64,000 bases of DNA, from the IMG/VR virus record IMGVR_UViG_3300034375_009028; one strand, written 5' to 3'. Below the pieces are notes generated by a model. It saw nothing but the letters and a program-made list of their open reading frames with translations. It made no database searches and was not told the DNA's origin. A program made the position numbers and the translations under genes. Position 1 is the first letter of the stretch. The number at the start of each line of letters is the position of its first letter. This document shows, piece after piece, positions 47,701-57,009 of the stretch. The DNA is from a virus (lineage: Duplodnaviria > Caudoviricetes).

Positions 47701-50700
47701 ACCAATAAGTACGTCAAGGGAGATAGCATCGATGAAGAATCCTGTGTCTCTCTTACACTTATCTTCGACTGCACTGAAGTTGAATGCATTGAAGTTTGGA
47801 TTGTTTACAGCATCTGTAAATGCAAGTCCAACAATTACATCCTTATTCAGTTGGATCATTCTGTATGCATCATAGAATCTAGATCTTGCATTTTCTTCCA
47901 GATCACCTGGGAAGAAGAATGTATCATATGCATCATATCCTTGAGCGATAGAACCGATAGATCTATCAATTACTTCCTGTCTGTTCTGTTGAATCAGGCG
48001 GTAAGAATCGAAGTATCTATACTGCTCATCATCTCTTTCATCAAATCCCTTATTAACAACTGGGAGTGAAGTTGTTGTTCCAAGTCCGACAGCGACAGTT
48101 GCGATGCCTACAAGGTTCTCAATGAAGTTTTGTACATCTGCACAAGAATCAGGATTTCTGTTGTCTCCAGTTACCCAATCAGGCGAGAGTGTCAAATCTT
48201 GAGCATTAAGTTGGTTGGTAACTGCTGCTCTTGAGAGATCTCCGAATGCAGTGAATGCAGTTACAGATTCAGATTCTTCACCAAGGAGTCCGTTGGTGAT
48301 TGGGTTACCTGCTCCATCGAAGTAGGAGAGGGCGAATCCAACAATGTTCTTGTTACCACCAGTGTAAAGGTCTCCAGCAACCGCGTCAGCAAGGTAACCA
48401 AGGTCTCTAGCACACTTGAATCCACCTGGGGATGAAGTTGTTCCGATACCTGCCTGATTGAAGTAACCTTCATTCAGAGTTGGTAATCCAGTTGTAGCAC
48501 CTGCACCGATCGCGACTGTAACAATACCAACGATAGTGTCGATATTATCCTGAACATCTTGACATGCATTTGCATTTCCAGAAGGAAGAACTGCTTCTGA
48601 AGTACCACCACCAACGTAGGTAGCAGGACCAGAGGAGATTCCAACATCCTTACGGTTGAGTTGGTTAGTAACTGCCTTCTTAGCGAGATCTGCAACAAAG
48701 TCAAATGCAACGATAGAAGGAGCTTCTTCACCAAGTAAACCATTTGTAGTTGGGTTACCAGCACCATCGAAGTAGAACAGTGTGAAGTCTCTGGAGTAGC
48801 TGTTGCCACCTGTGAATACGTCGATCGCGAGCGCGTCAACAAGGTATCCAACGTCTCTAGCACACTTAACACCACCTGGAGTTGTATTACCAAATCCAGC
48901 AGTATTTTGAATAGTTAACTTAGTGAATGGATCAGTGTTGATAAGGAAGTTACCCTTAGTTTCAGCAGGAAGTGAAGTGGTTGTTCCAAGTCCAACTGCA
49001 ACGGTTGCAATACCTACAAGGTTCTCAATTGCTGCCTGTACATCAGTACAAGCCTCAGCATTACCTGAGAGGAGAACAGGAATATTACCGCCAGGACCAT
49101 TAAATGCTGCCTTACCAGAGGAGATTCCAACATCCTTAGCATTCAGTTGGTTGGTAATTGCCTGCTTCATGTATCCAGAGGCAGATTCGAAGGCAATCAG
49201 TGATTGTGCTTCTTCGCCTACAAGACCATTGGAGATTGGGTTACCAGCACCATCGAAGTAAAGGAGTGAGAAGTCTCTAGTATATGTGTTACCACCTGCG
49301 TGAATATCAGTTGAGACTGCATCAACAAGGAATCCGAGGTCTCTAGCACACTTGAATCCACCTGGGGATGAAGTTGTTCCGATACCTGCGGTTACATCAT
49401 AGTAACCAGAGTTGATTGATGTTGGAGCATCTGCAAATGTTGCGGTTGTTCCAAGTCCAACTACAGCAGTAACGATTCCAACCAGGGTATCAACGTTATC
49501 CTGAACATCTTGACAGGAGTTGATATTTCCAGAAGGAAGAACAGGGATGTCTCCACCTGCGCCACCATAAGTAGCAGCACCAGAAGAGATTCCAACATCC
49601 TTTCTATAGAGTTGGTTGGTCAATGCCTTCTTAATAAGTCCACCAGCAGCGATAAATGCACTGTTCGAAGGAGCTTCTTCGCCAGCAAGTCCACTTGTAA
49701 TCCATCCACGATATGCTGGTTCGTAAGACTTGACTGAATCAGTAGTTGCTCTTACAAATGTGTGAGCGGACTGAGGAAGATGCTTAACAGCACCTGCATC
49801 TGCACTTACGAATTGATGTGTTGTTTGTGGCTCGTGACGGATAGCGTTACCCTCTGCGTAAACAAAGGTGTGAACAGATCCAGCAGCGATTCCTGCATCA
49901 CCAACATTAATTGTAAATGTTCCTGTCTGCTTCTTAAGTCCATTAGCAGTTGCACTTACGAAGGTGTGAGCACCAGTGTAAGAAGATGCGCCAATGTTGA
50001 TCTTAAATGTATTTGGAGTTACTTCAGAGATTTCTAACCAACGACCAGATGCATAATCATATCCAGCGCGAGGATATGCTTTAGATACTGTATTATCATC
50101 AAGTACACATGTGAAGGTCAAAGAAGCATCGTCAAGTTTGATATAATCTCCTTTAGTGAATCCATGAGATGCAACTGTAAGTACTACATCACCAGATGCA
50201 GCATCATATGTTGCGTTAGTTACTGTGTGGGTAGACATTCCAACAGCAGTAATTGATGTAGATACTCCAGAGATTGGATCAGTTGAACGTGGATATGAAT
50301 GCTGAGTAGCATTACCATCTTGGTCGCAAGTAAAGACGAATGAATTATCCTCAAGGATAACTCCACGTCCAACTCCAAGACCATGCTGACCAACAGTAAC
50401 TGTTAAATCACCAGTCGCTGCATTATAATCAGCAGCAGTTGGAGTAAAGTACTTGTTAGGACCAGAAGCACCAACGTTAACTGTTAAAGTATCCGAAGTT
50501 ACTGAAGTAATCTTAACTGATCTACCTGCAAATGGATCAATTCCAGGACGTGGATAAGTCTTCTGTGCTTGGAATCCATCCATTGCACAACTAAATGTGA
50601 AGGAATTATCCTCGATGATAACACCCTCTCCAACACTCAGTGAGTGCTCACCAACAGTAACTGTAAAGTCACCTGTTGCTGGATCATAAGTAGCAGCAGT

Positions 50701-53700
50701 TGGGTTGAATGACCAGTCAGTACCAGAAGCACCAACATTAACTGTGAATGAAGTTGCGCTTGTTCCAGTGATTGTTAATCCATTGGTGTAAGCTAATTGA
50801 CCAATGGTTGGCAGAGAGTGCTCTGTCTTATTACCATCCATTGCACAAGTGAAGGTGAATCCTTCCTTGTCAAGATAGATAACATCATTGGTTTGGAGTG
50901 GGTGACCAGCTCCGATGATTGCAGTGAAGTCTCCAGTTGCTGGATCATAAGTAGCATCGGTTGGTTTCCAACCTGCAGCAGCCTTGAACTGGTTACGTAA
51001 GAATCCTGCAGCGTATGCATTACCACCAGTGAACAGGTCAGTGGAGATTGCATCAACAAGGAATCTAATGTCTCTACCACAAGTAAATCCACCTGGGGAG
51101 AATGTGCTGATTCCTAAAGATTGATTAAACTCTCCAAGATCAAGAGCACCTGTAGTAGTTGGAAGTTGACCTGTTGTTCCAAGACCTACAGCAACAGTGA
51201 CGATACCGACCAAGGAATCGATGTTATCTTGTACATCTAGACATGCATTTTCATTACCAGATCTTAGTACAGGAATGTTTGTTGAACCAACACCAAAGTA
51301 TGCAGTACCAGAAGAGATTCCAACATCCTTATTAAAGAGTTGGTTGGTGATTGCATCCTTCATGTACTCACCAGCAGCTTCAAACGCTACGATTGATGGA
51401 CCTTCCTCACCGAGGAGACCATTAATGATTGGAGCAGCGTTATCGAAGTATTGGAGTGCAAATCCATCAGAGTAGTAGTTACCTGCGGTAAAGAGGTCAA
51501 TCGAGATAGCATCGATAAAGAATCCAGTATCTCTAGCACACTTGAATCCACCTGGGGATGAAGTTGTTCCGAATCCAACAACTGGAGTACCAGCATCAGA
51601 AGCAACAAAGTATCCTTGGTTAATGGTTGCGGTTACATCACCAGCGGTTGCAGTAGTTCCGAGACCAACAACAGAAGTAACAATTCCTACGAGAGTGTCG
51701 ATTGTATCCTGAACATCTTGACATGCATCAGCATTACCAGATTGGTATACAGTATATGCAATACCAGGACCATTGTAAACAGCAGGACCAGAGGAGATTC
51801 CAAGGTTCTTTGTATACAGTTGGTTGGTGATCGCATCCTTCATGAACTCACCAGCGCCGATGAATCCATACAGTGACTGAAGCTCTTCTTCATAGAGACC
51901 TTCACCAATTGGTTGACCAGTTCCGTCATCAAAATACTCAAGGATAAACTCTCTAGAGTAAACGTTACCTCCAGTGAATACGTCAGTTGAGACAGAATCG
52001 ATAAAGTATCCAATGTCTCTTGCACACTTGAATCCACCAGGGGTGCTGGTAGTTCCAATTCCTGCTTGAGCAAAGTAACCTACGTTTCTTGTTGCTGCAA
52101 ACGAACCTGTTTGCTCATTAGCAATTGCCTCAGTAATGATTAATACCAGAGTTGCAATTGTGTCTTGAACATCTTGACATGCAGCAGAGTCGCTATTTGA
52201 AGAAGCGCCAGGTGCTGTAGTGATTCCAGCATCAGTATATGAGAGGTTATTTGTGATTGCCTCATACATCTTATCACGCGCTTGATTGAAGGCGTAGATA
52301 GATTGTACTTCCTCACCATCAATACCATTTGTAATCAGCTGATTATTTGCGAAGTATTGAAGTGTGAAGTCTTGTGAGTATGAGTTACCACCAGTTAAAA
52401 CGTCGAGTGATACTGCATCAACGAAGTATCCAAGGTCTCTCTTACACTTAGTCTCAGTTGAGAGAATTGCAGGATACTGGTTTCTTGTTGCAAGCCAAGC
52501 AGCGTTAACAATATCAGTCTTATTCTTTTGAATCAGACGATATGAATCATAATATCTGGATCTTGCATTAGTTACATCGTCACCAGGGAATACCCAATCA
52601 GTTGGATATTGATCATAGTTAACAACAATGTTACCAATTGATCTATCAATCAGTTCTCTTCTATTTGTCTGGATCAGACGATAGGAGTCAAAGAATCTTG
52701 ATCTTGCGTTGGTGTACTCATCACCTGGGAATGCAAATGTCTTACCGACACCAGCACTGACGTGATAATCAAGTGCAATTGCTGCCAGGGACTTATCAAC
52801 AATTTCCTGTCTGTTCTGCTGAATCAGACGATATGAATCATAGAATCTTGATCTACCTGTTGTCTGGTCATCACCAGGGAAGTAGAAGTCTGGGTGATCA
52901 ATAGCAATAGCACCGAGAGACTTATCAATGATCTCCTGCTTGTTCTGTTGAATCAGACGATAAGAATCAGCGAATCTTGAACGTGCATTGGTTTCAAGAT
53001 CTCCTGGGAAGTAGAACTGATCATAGTTTAATGCTACAGAAGCAAGAGACTTATCAACGATTTCTTGCTTGTTCTGCTGGATTAAACGATAAGAATCATA
53101 GAATCTTGATCTTGATGTGGTCTCAGTATCTCCTGGGAAGAGGAAATAATCGAACATATCATACTTGAAGGAGATTCCTGCAAGTGCCTTATCAACAATT
53201 TCCTGCTTGTTATCGAGAATCAAACGATATGAATCAAAGAATCTTGATCTTTCGTTTGTTTCTGGATCATCTGGGAAGAAGAAGTCTGGGTGATACAGAG
53301 AAATAGTAGCAAGAGACTTATCAATAAGTTCGTCTCTATTAGCATTAACAAGATTATATGAATCTTTAAATCTATTTCTGCTAGAATCTGGGAAGTAGAA
53401 GTCAGGATTCTCTAATGAGATAGAAGCAAGTGATCTATCAATGATTTCCTGCTTGTTCTGTTGGATCAGACGATAAGAATCAAAGAATCTTGATCTTGCA
53501 TTTGTCTGAAGATCATTAGGGAAGTAGAAGTCTGGATGATTTACAGAGATCTCAGCAAGTGATCTATCAACAATTTCCTGCTTGTTCTGTTGAATCAGAC
53601 GATATGAATCGTAGAATCTTGAGGAAGCATTAGTTTGTGCTTCACCTGGGAAGTAGAAATCAGGGTGCTTGAATGCAATAGAAGCAAGAGACTTATCAAG

Positions 53701-54852
53701 AATCTCAGTTCTATTTGCTTCAATCGACTCACTAGCATCTACATATCTACCAGGAGCAACTGTTCTTGTCTCAAAAATGTATCCATAGTTACCAGTTGGA
53801 TACTCAAGTTGAGTAGCTCCACCATCAGAATCACATGTGAATCCAAGACCAGCGATGGTAACTCCCATACCAACGCTTAACTTATGCTCTCTATCGAGAA
53901 CAAATGTACCAATACCTGTTCTAAAGTCGTACTTAGCATCAACGACATTCATTACAGGAGCGTTTGCATCAACTTTAATCTTAAAGACAGATGCATCAAC
54001 TCCAGCTGCAGTGGTTACAATACCAGTATACTTGAGAGGTCCAACGCCATCAGCGACAAGACCGAAGTTACCGAATGATGAGTTAGAGTTGGTAAGGTCG
54101 CAAGCACCACCTGACTGACAAAGGATTGCGGTATCTGAACAGATGGTGAACATGGACACCAACTGAGCGAATGCTTCGTTGAAGATCTTAGCGCCTAAAC
54201 CACCTGGGTTAATCTGGGTATAGGAGTCAAGAACCATGGACTTAATAGGTCCAATAGCATATTCACCATCAATATTCAGACCAATTGTGCCTGGAATAAA
54301 GTTGGTGCAGTTTTGAATATATGGCGACTGATCAATATAAGGAACAACTTCTGGGTTAAATGTAACAATAGCACCATTAGACTTTTGCTCAGGTCCAATG
54401 AATGACATTTCTGCAATGTAGCATCCATTGTCTAACCAGAACAAGTCTCCTTGATTTTTTGGAGTAACCGTAACTTCACGAAGTGAGTCTCCAACGACTG
54501 ATACGTTATCGGGAAGTACGATTGGGTTATCTTCTAGATAAACTCCAGCACTAATTTTAATAACTGTTCCTGGGACAGACTCTGCGACGGCAGCTTTAAT
54601 GGTTCTTTTTGCGTCTCCGAGTTTCTTACCTGTGTTGTTGTCGTTACCATCTTGCGTTACATATAGGACATTTATTACCGTTGCTCCAGCACCGACTCTA
54701 ACGATGTCCGTTCCAATGCCAGGACGTTCTCTAGCAATGTAAATCTCGCCATCATTAGTGTTGATGGCGATTTCACCTAATGGAAGGTCAGAAACTGACG
54801 GTATTTTGTTTGGTACAGAAGATCTTTTAAATCTAATCTTAGGATTTGCCAT
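44761..54852 (-). CDS. giant (3363 aa) tail-fibre-like protein: gp37-like N-terminus, beta-helix, 12 nested phycobiliprotein-like domains
   Basis: IRFKRSS..P..S.LPLGEIAINTND resembles the T4 gp37 N-terminus; pectin-lyase-like start (LYVTQDG...IKISAGVY); 12 CxRD repeats; TATAAATA upstream. Confidence 0.8.
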   Translation of the reverse strand: MANPKIRFKRSSVPNKIPSVSDLPLGEIAINTNDGEIYIARERPGIGTDIVRVGAGATVINVLYVTQDGNDNNTGKKLGDAKRTIKAAVAESVPGTVIKISAGVYLEDNPIVLPDNVSVVGDSLREVTVTPKNQGDLFWLDNGCYIAEMSFIGPEQKSNGAIVTFNPEVVPYIDQSPYIQNCTNFIPGTIGLNIDGEYAIGPIKSMVLDSYTQINPGGLGAKIFNEAFAQLVSMFTICSDTAILCQSGGACDLTNSNSSFGNFGLVADGVGPLKYTGIVTTAAGVDASVFKIKVDANAPVMNVVDAKYDFRTGIGTFVLDREHKLSVGMGVTIAGLGFTCDSDGGATQLEYPTGNYGYIFETRTVAPGRYVDASESIEANRTEILDKSLASIAFKHPDFYFPGEAQTNASSRFYDSYRLIQQNKQEIVDRSLAEISVNHPDFYFPNDLQTNARSRFFDSYRLIQQNKQEIIDRSLASISLENPDFYFPDSSRNRFKDSYNLVNANRDELIDKSLATISLYHPDFFFPDDPETNERSRFFDSYRLILDNKQEIVDKALAGISFKYDMFDYFLFPGDTETTSRSRFYDSYRLIQQNKQEIVDKSLASVALNYDQFYFPGDLETNARSRFADSYRLIQQNKQEIIDKSLGAIAIDHPDFYFPGDDQTTGRSRFYDSYRLIQQNRQEIVDKSLAAIALDYHVSAGVGKTFAFPGDEYTNARSRFFDSYRLIQTNRRELIDRSIGNIVVNYDQYPTDWVFPGDDVTNARSRYYDSYRLIQKNKTDIVNAAWLATRNQYPAILSTETKCKRDLGYFVDAVSLDVLTGGNSYSQDFTLQYFANNQLITNGIDGEEVQSIYAFNQARDKMYEAITNNLSYTDAGITTAPGASSNSDSAACQDVQDTIATLVLIITEAIANEQTGSFAATRNVGYFAQAGIGTTSTPGGFKCARDIGYFIDSVSTDVFTGGNVYSREFILEYFDDGTGQPIGEGLYEEELQSLYGFIGAGEFMKDAITNQLYTKNLGISSGPAVYNGPGIAYTVYQSGNADACQDVQDTIDTLVGIVTSVVGLGTTATAGDVTATINQGYFVASDAGTPVVGFGTTSSPGGFKCARDTGFFIDAISIDLFTAGNYYSDGFALQYFDNAAPIINGLLGEEGPSIVAFEAAGEYMKDAITNQLFNKDVGISSGTAYFGVGSTNIPVLRSGNENACLDVQDNIDSLVGIVTVAVGLGTTGQLPTTTGALDLGEFNQSLGISTFSPGGFTCGRDIRFLVDAISTDLFTGGNAYAAGFLRNQFKAAAGWKPTDATYDPATGDFTAIIGAGHPLQTNDVIYLDKEGFTFTCAMDGNKTEHSLPTIGQLAYTNGLTITGTSATSFTVNVGASGTDWSFNPTAATYDPATGDFTVTVGEHSLSVGEGVIIEDNSFTFSCAMDGFQAQKTYPRPGIDPFAGRSVKITSVTSDTLTVNVGASGPNKYFTPTAADYNAATGDLTVTVGQHGLGVGRGVILEDNSFVFTCDQDGNATQHSYPRSTDPISGVSTSITAVGMSTHTVTNATYDAASGDVVLTVASHGFTKGDYIKLDDASLTFTCVLDDNTVSKAYPRAGYDYASGRWLEISEVTPNTFKINIGASSYTGAHTFVSATANGLKKQTGTFTINVGDAGIAAGSVHTFVYAEGNAIRHEPQTTHQFVSADAGAVKHLPQSAHTFVRATTDSVKSYEPAYRGWITSGLAGEEAPSNSAFIAAGGLIKKALTNQLYRKDVGISSGAATYGGAGGDIPVLPSGNINSCQDVQDNVDTLVGIVTAVVGLGTTATFADAPTSINSGYYDVTAGIGTTSSPGGFKCARDLGFLVDAVSTDIHAGGNTYTRDFSLLYFDGAGNPISNGLVGEEAQSLIAFESASGYMKQAITNQLNAKDVGISSGKAAFNGPGGNIPVLLSGNAEACTDVQAAIENLVGIATVAVGLGTTTSLPAETKGNFLINTDPFTKLTIQNTAGFGNTTPGGVKCARDVGYLVDALAIDVFTGGNSYSRDFTLFYFDGAGNPTTNGLLGEEAPSIVAFDFVADLAKKAVTNQLNRKDVGISSGPATYVGGGTSEAVLPSGNANACQDVQDNIDTIVGIVTVAIGAGATTGLPTLNEGYFNQAGIGTTSSPGGFKCARDLGYLADAVAGDLYTGGNKNIVGFALSYFDGAGNPITNGLLGEESESVTAFTAFGDLSRAAVTNQLNAQDLTLSPDWVTGDNRNPDSCADVQNFIENLVGIATVAVGLGTTTSLPVVNKGFDERDDEQYRYFDSYRLIQQNRQEVIDRSIGSIAQGYDAYDTFFFPGDLEENARSRFYDAYRMIQLNKDVIVGLAFTDAVNNPNFNAFNFSAVEDKCKRDTGFFIDAISLDVLIGANKYATEFTLQYFDGAGNPITGGLVGEEDESIFVFQAAAKYMKNALTNNLVGAAYSDLTVSAGGTYFGVGSDVTNTDPTACLDIQDQVDTLTGIVTATVAAGNTTGLPTITGGIFDQSVSAGATTPGGYKCARDIGFFVDAVSTDVFIAGNKYSQEFTLQYFNESGAVYIDGGEVAPTVVGLGGAGEFMKDALTNQLYRKDVGISSGPATYGGPGVAHTVFISGNALACQDVQDNVDTLVGIVTVALGAGTTASLSGLTYNTGIFDRASGIGSTENPGGYKCARDLGFLIDAVATDVFSGGNIYSRGFSEQYYYADGTKIRGGLEGEEVPSLTAFRYSGEFMKDAITNQLYRKDLTLSTGPANYGGVGIVTYTASGNENTCQDVQGNIDNLVGIITTVIGAGNTSDLYDGTIGVTEGYFTLNLGEFGQTVGFGTTAGDLVGLGTTSSPGGYKCARDIGYLVDAVATDVFVGGNTYSKDFARQYFDGNGRPITPGLNAEKTESVTAFIAAGDLMAKAVSNQLYAKDLTLTFGPEVYGSGGYTVVYTRSGNPDACQDVQDFISNRIGIITESIGIGTLTTLDNYVDNPGSFLDQENKCRRDIGYFVTSVRDDLENSTNANTIAAVNYYFDEEGEPLAKGLLGEEVETVTAFRASADYMQLAINNQLNNKNFDLLDDAAYGSNNTPEACQNVQDTIDNLIGIATDAILKGEPSPVRISAASTFFTANVGKGPFAHYYTPGSGGTVQINAQRPFDGQVAVFDKLYYQLDKIQVTNGGSGYTETPEVTIADPTTEWGVPAQAIATVENGSVISVEVVSSGRGFVVPPAVSIAAPQGAGGVQARIVPSIYPSYFTVSKATLPDKVTGISTVTFDTQVPYDVGVGMDVYFYKQSRVLASSHAFEYIGSGINVKTALPQNGGVTIPENETVNLNGGLVVFTSTDQSGNFKIGDGLIINQNTGTISGTSYSKSLFSTLTPFILALGGE
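45580..53748 (-). repeat. phycobiliprotein-like repeats (12 helix-B segments and 12 helix E-H segments)
   Basis: CxRD Cys codons at 52444, 52024, 51538, 51079, 49348, 48862, 48412, 47755, 47308, 46855, 46342, 45913; each followed about 90-100 aa later by (A/S/T)C..VQ. Confidence 0.7.
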
Positions 54853-54886
54853 TAACCCAATTGCAGAAAGTTGTTTTTGTTAATTT

Positions 54887-54894
54887 TATTTATA
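54887..54894 (-). promoter_or_regulatory. T4-type late promoter for the 3363-aa gene
   Basis: TATAAATA, 35 nt upstream of the ATG. Confidence 0.75.
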
Positions 54895-54905
54895 ATAAAG
54901 ACGAC

Positions 54906-55418
54906 TCAAGCGCCATATACGCCACAATCTAGTGTGATATTTGTTAGCAGTCTCTCTTCATTTACACAATCAATAACTTGAGACTTTCCAGCACAGTCAT
55001 TAATCCAAAGAGCACCTGCTTCAATAGCAGCGTATGCTTCAGGAATAACACTGTTGCCGTCTAGCTCCGCACGCTGAACGAACTTCATTCTGTCATCATC
55101 ATTATCATAATACATTACTGCTTTCTCTGATGCATTGGTAGCAGTATCAAAGTAGTTCAGAACAACACCAACATCATTACCTAAATCTTGAGATGGTGGA
55201 ACTAACTCACCAGTTTCGGGATCATCTACAAGACCAAGCTCAATCAGAGGGTCTCTAAGTGTAAAGGTCTCAGAATCTACTAGGAATCTACCACCATCAA
55301 TTAAGAGGTCTCCTGTAATATTAGCATTACCAATAACTGTCAAAACTGTTTCATTATCGGTATAATCTTCTATACCGATAGTCAATTCCCTCTGAGTTGG
55401 GCTTAAATATTTTGCCAT
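54906..55418 (-). CDS. virion structural protein
   Basis: N-terminal MAKYLS...IGI..YTDNET motif shared with A1 and A2; C-terminal LDCGVY. Confidence 0.7.
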   Translation of the reverse strand: MAKYLSPTQRELTIGIEDYTDNETVLTVIGNANITGDLLIDGGRFLVDSETFTLRDPLIELGLVDDPETGELVPPSQDLGNDVGVVLNYFDTATNASEKAVMYYDNDDDRMKFVQRAELDGNSVIPEAYAAIEAGALWINDCAGKSQVIDCVNEERLLTNITLDCGVYGA

Positions 55419-55471
55419 TGTTGGAATCTTACGGGTTTTGTATTATTATTTATCGAAAGTATATTTCTAAA

Positions 55472-55987
55472 TCAATATTCTCCACCGTCAAAGTCGATTC
55501 TATTATCAAGATCAACATCAAGTTGATCAAGAAGCTCATCTGGAAGACCAGGCTCAATAGGATCTGTGACAGATGCTCTAAGAACTTCATCTGGATTCTT
55601 AACAGTATACTTGCCAGTAGATGCATCGTATATAATAATGTAGTTATTTTGCTCATTAGTAGAATCAACATCAGAAAGATTTCTGAATTGTGGAGAGACT
55701 ACATTACTGAAGTAATCAATAACCTCTTGTGGCAATCCAGGTTGATTTGGTTCAGATATAACTGCAGAAGATAATACTTGGTCTGGGTTAACAGACTTAT
55801 ATGTCGCTGTTGCAGAGTCATACATTAATACATACTGATCACTCTGATTTGACAAATCAACGTCTTGAAGATCTGCTAATTTTCTAGCCATAATTATTCC
55901 TGATCTTGTTGTGACATTGTACTTTCTTGTGGTCTTTGCTCCTACCGTTACTCCATAACTAATTGATCCTAGGATTCTATTACTCAT
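55472..55987 (-). CDS. virion structural protein with internal duplication
   Basis: Two L.DVD.....QY...YD......Y....PD.VL...V..P..PGLP.E units; ends DFDGGEY. Confidence 0.7.
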   Translation of the reverse strand: MSNRILGSISYGVTVGAKTTRKYNVTTRSGIIMARKLADLQDVDLSNQSDQYVLMYDSATATYKSVNPDQVLSSAVISEPNQPGLPQEVIDYFSNVVSPQFRNLSDVDSTNEQNNYIIIYDASTGKYTVKNPDEVLRASVTDPIEPGLPDELLDQLDVDLDNRIDFDGGEY

Positions 55988-56325
55988 CTGGTCGTGTCCT
56001 CCACAATTACAGTTCCAGTGATAACCCTAACAACAAAATCTAATTCAGTATTTTCAATAAAAATATCAAATTGATTTCTACCAGAAGGTAGAGTAGAAGT
56101 CATTGTTCTCCCCATAGATATATTAACTTCAGAGTCTGCAGTAGTAATTCCAACCTTAAATGGATACTCTTTGGGAGAAGATGGATGTTTTTTTAATATT
56201 GCTATTGCATTAGAATATAAGAGGTTCAATGGACCTCCATCATCGCCTGTTAAAAAGAAGGAAGATTCAAAATCAGTTCCTTTTTCTATGACTAGATTAA
56301 CTATGGAAGCCGAACCTGCTGTCAT
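55984..56325 (-). CDS. small beta-sandwich adaptor (BppU-like) virion protein
   Basis: LVIEKGTDF...PLNL...LPSGRNQFDI...VITGTVIV pattern. Confidence 0.55.
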   Translation of the reverse strand: MTAGSASIVNLVIEKGTDFESSFFLTGDDGGPLNLLYSNAIAILKKHPSSPKEYPFKVGITTADSEVNISMGRTMTSTLPSGRNQFDIFIENTELDFVVRVITGTVIVEDTTR

Positions 56326-56361
56326 TGTACTATGATTAGATTTTTGAACTATTTATCGAAT

Positions 56362-56991
56362 TCAGTAGCTTCCACCATCAAAATCTGTTAACGCTCCGAT
56401 ACCACCAACATATCTCCATCCTTTTATGTAAACATCAGACCCACCAGATATTAATCCAGGAACATTATCACCTGAGAAATTTAAAACACCAGAAGAATAG
56501 TCAAAGAACCATTCATCATTACTTCCACTACCACCTGCAGAAAGTTTAATGCCCCCAGCATTTGGGTCTCCAGCATAAACCTCTACGATATAATCTGGTC
56601 CGTATTGTGTGTCTATCCAATTAATAACATTGATAGAACTATTATCACCATATACAGATCTTGCAATAAAACTTCTTCTACCACCAACCGTATTATCTTC
56701 TGTCATTCTAAATGCATTTGTCTGCCCATAAACTTCTATCAATTTGTATGATGGATATCTCCAATCGTCAGGAATGATAATTAAGTCTGTTGTTGGAGGA
56801 GTAACTGGTATTAATCCAGACTCAAACCACAATCCATTATTTGATATGATTAAAGGTGATGGAAGTGCCTCAGCAAATGGTGCCTTCTTTGTTCCTGAAA
56901 TACTAGAATCTTCAGCAATTCCTGTCTTTGATGAGGAATAACCTAACTTTTTTAAAAGGTAGTCAACCTTTTGTTGGATTGAAATTGCCAT
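56362..56991 (-). CDS. stand-alone copy of the collagen fibre's N-terminal domain (B2)
   Basis: KVDYLLKKLGY..SKTGIAEDS..SGTKKAPFAEA.PSPL; WFFDYSSGVLNF; ends DFDGGSY. Confidence 0.75.
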   Translation of the reverse strand: MAISIQQKVDYLLKKLGYSSSKTGIAEDSSISGTKKAPFAEALPSPLIISNNGLWFESGLIPVTPPTTDLIIIPDDWRYPSYKLIEVYGQTNAFRMTEDNTVGGRRSFIARSVYGDNSSINVINWIDTQYGPDYIVEVYAGDPNAGGIKLSAGGSGSNDEWFFDYSSGVLNFSGDNVPGLISGGSDVYIKGWRYVGGIGALTDFDGGSY

Positions 56992-57009
56992 TTCTTTTAG
57001 ATCTTAGTA

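Noticed and set aside
46215-54118. Short alternative-frame ORFs inside the 3363-aa gene
   Set aside because: Fully nested in a strongly coding gene; no motifs.
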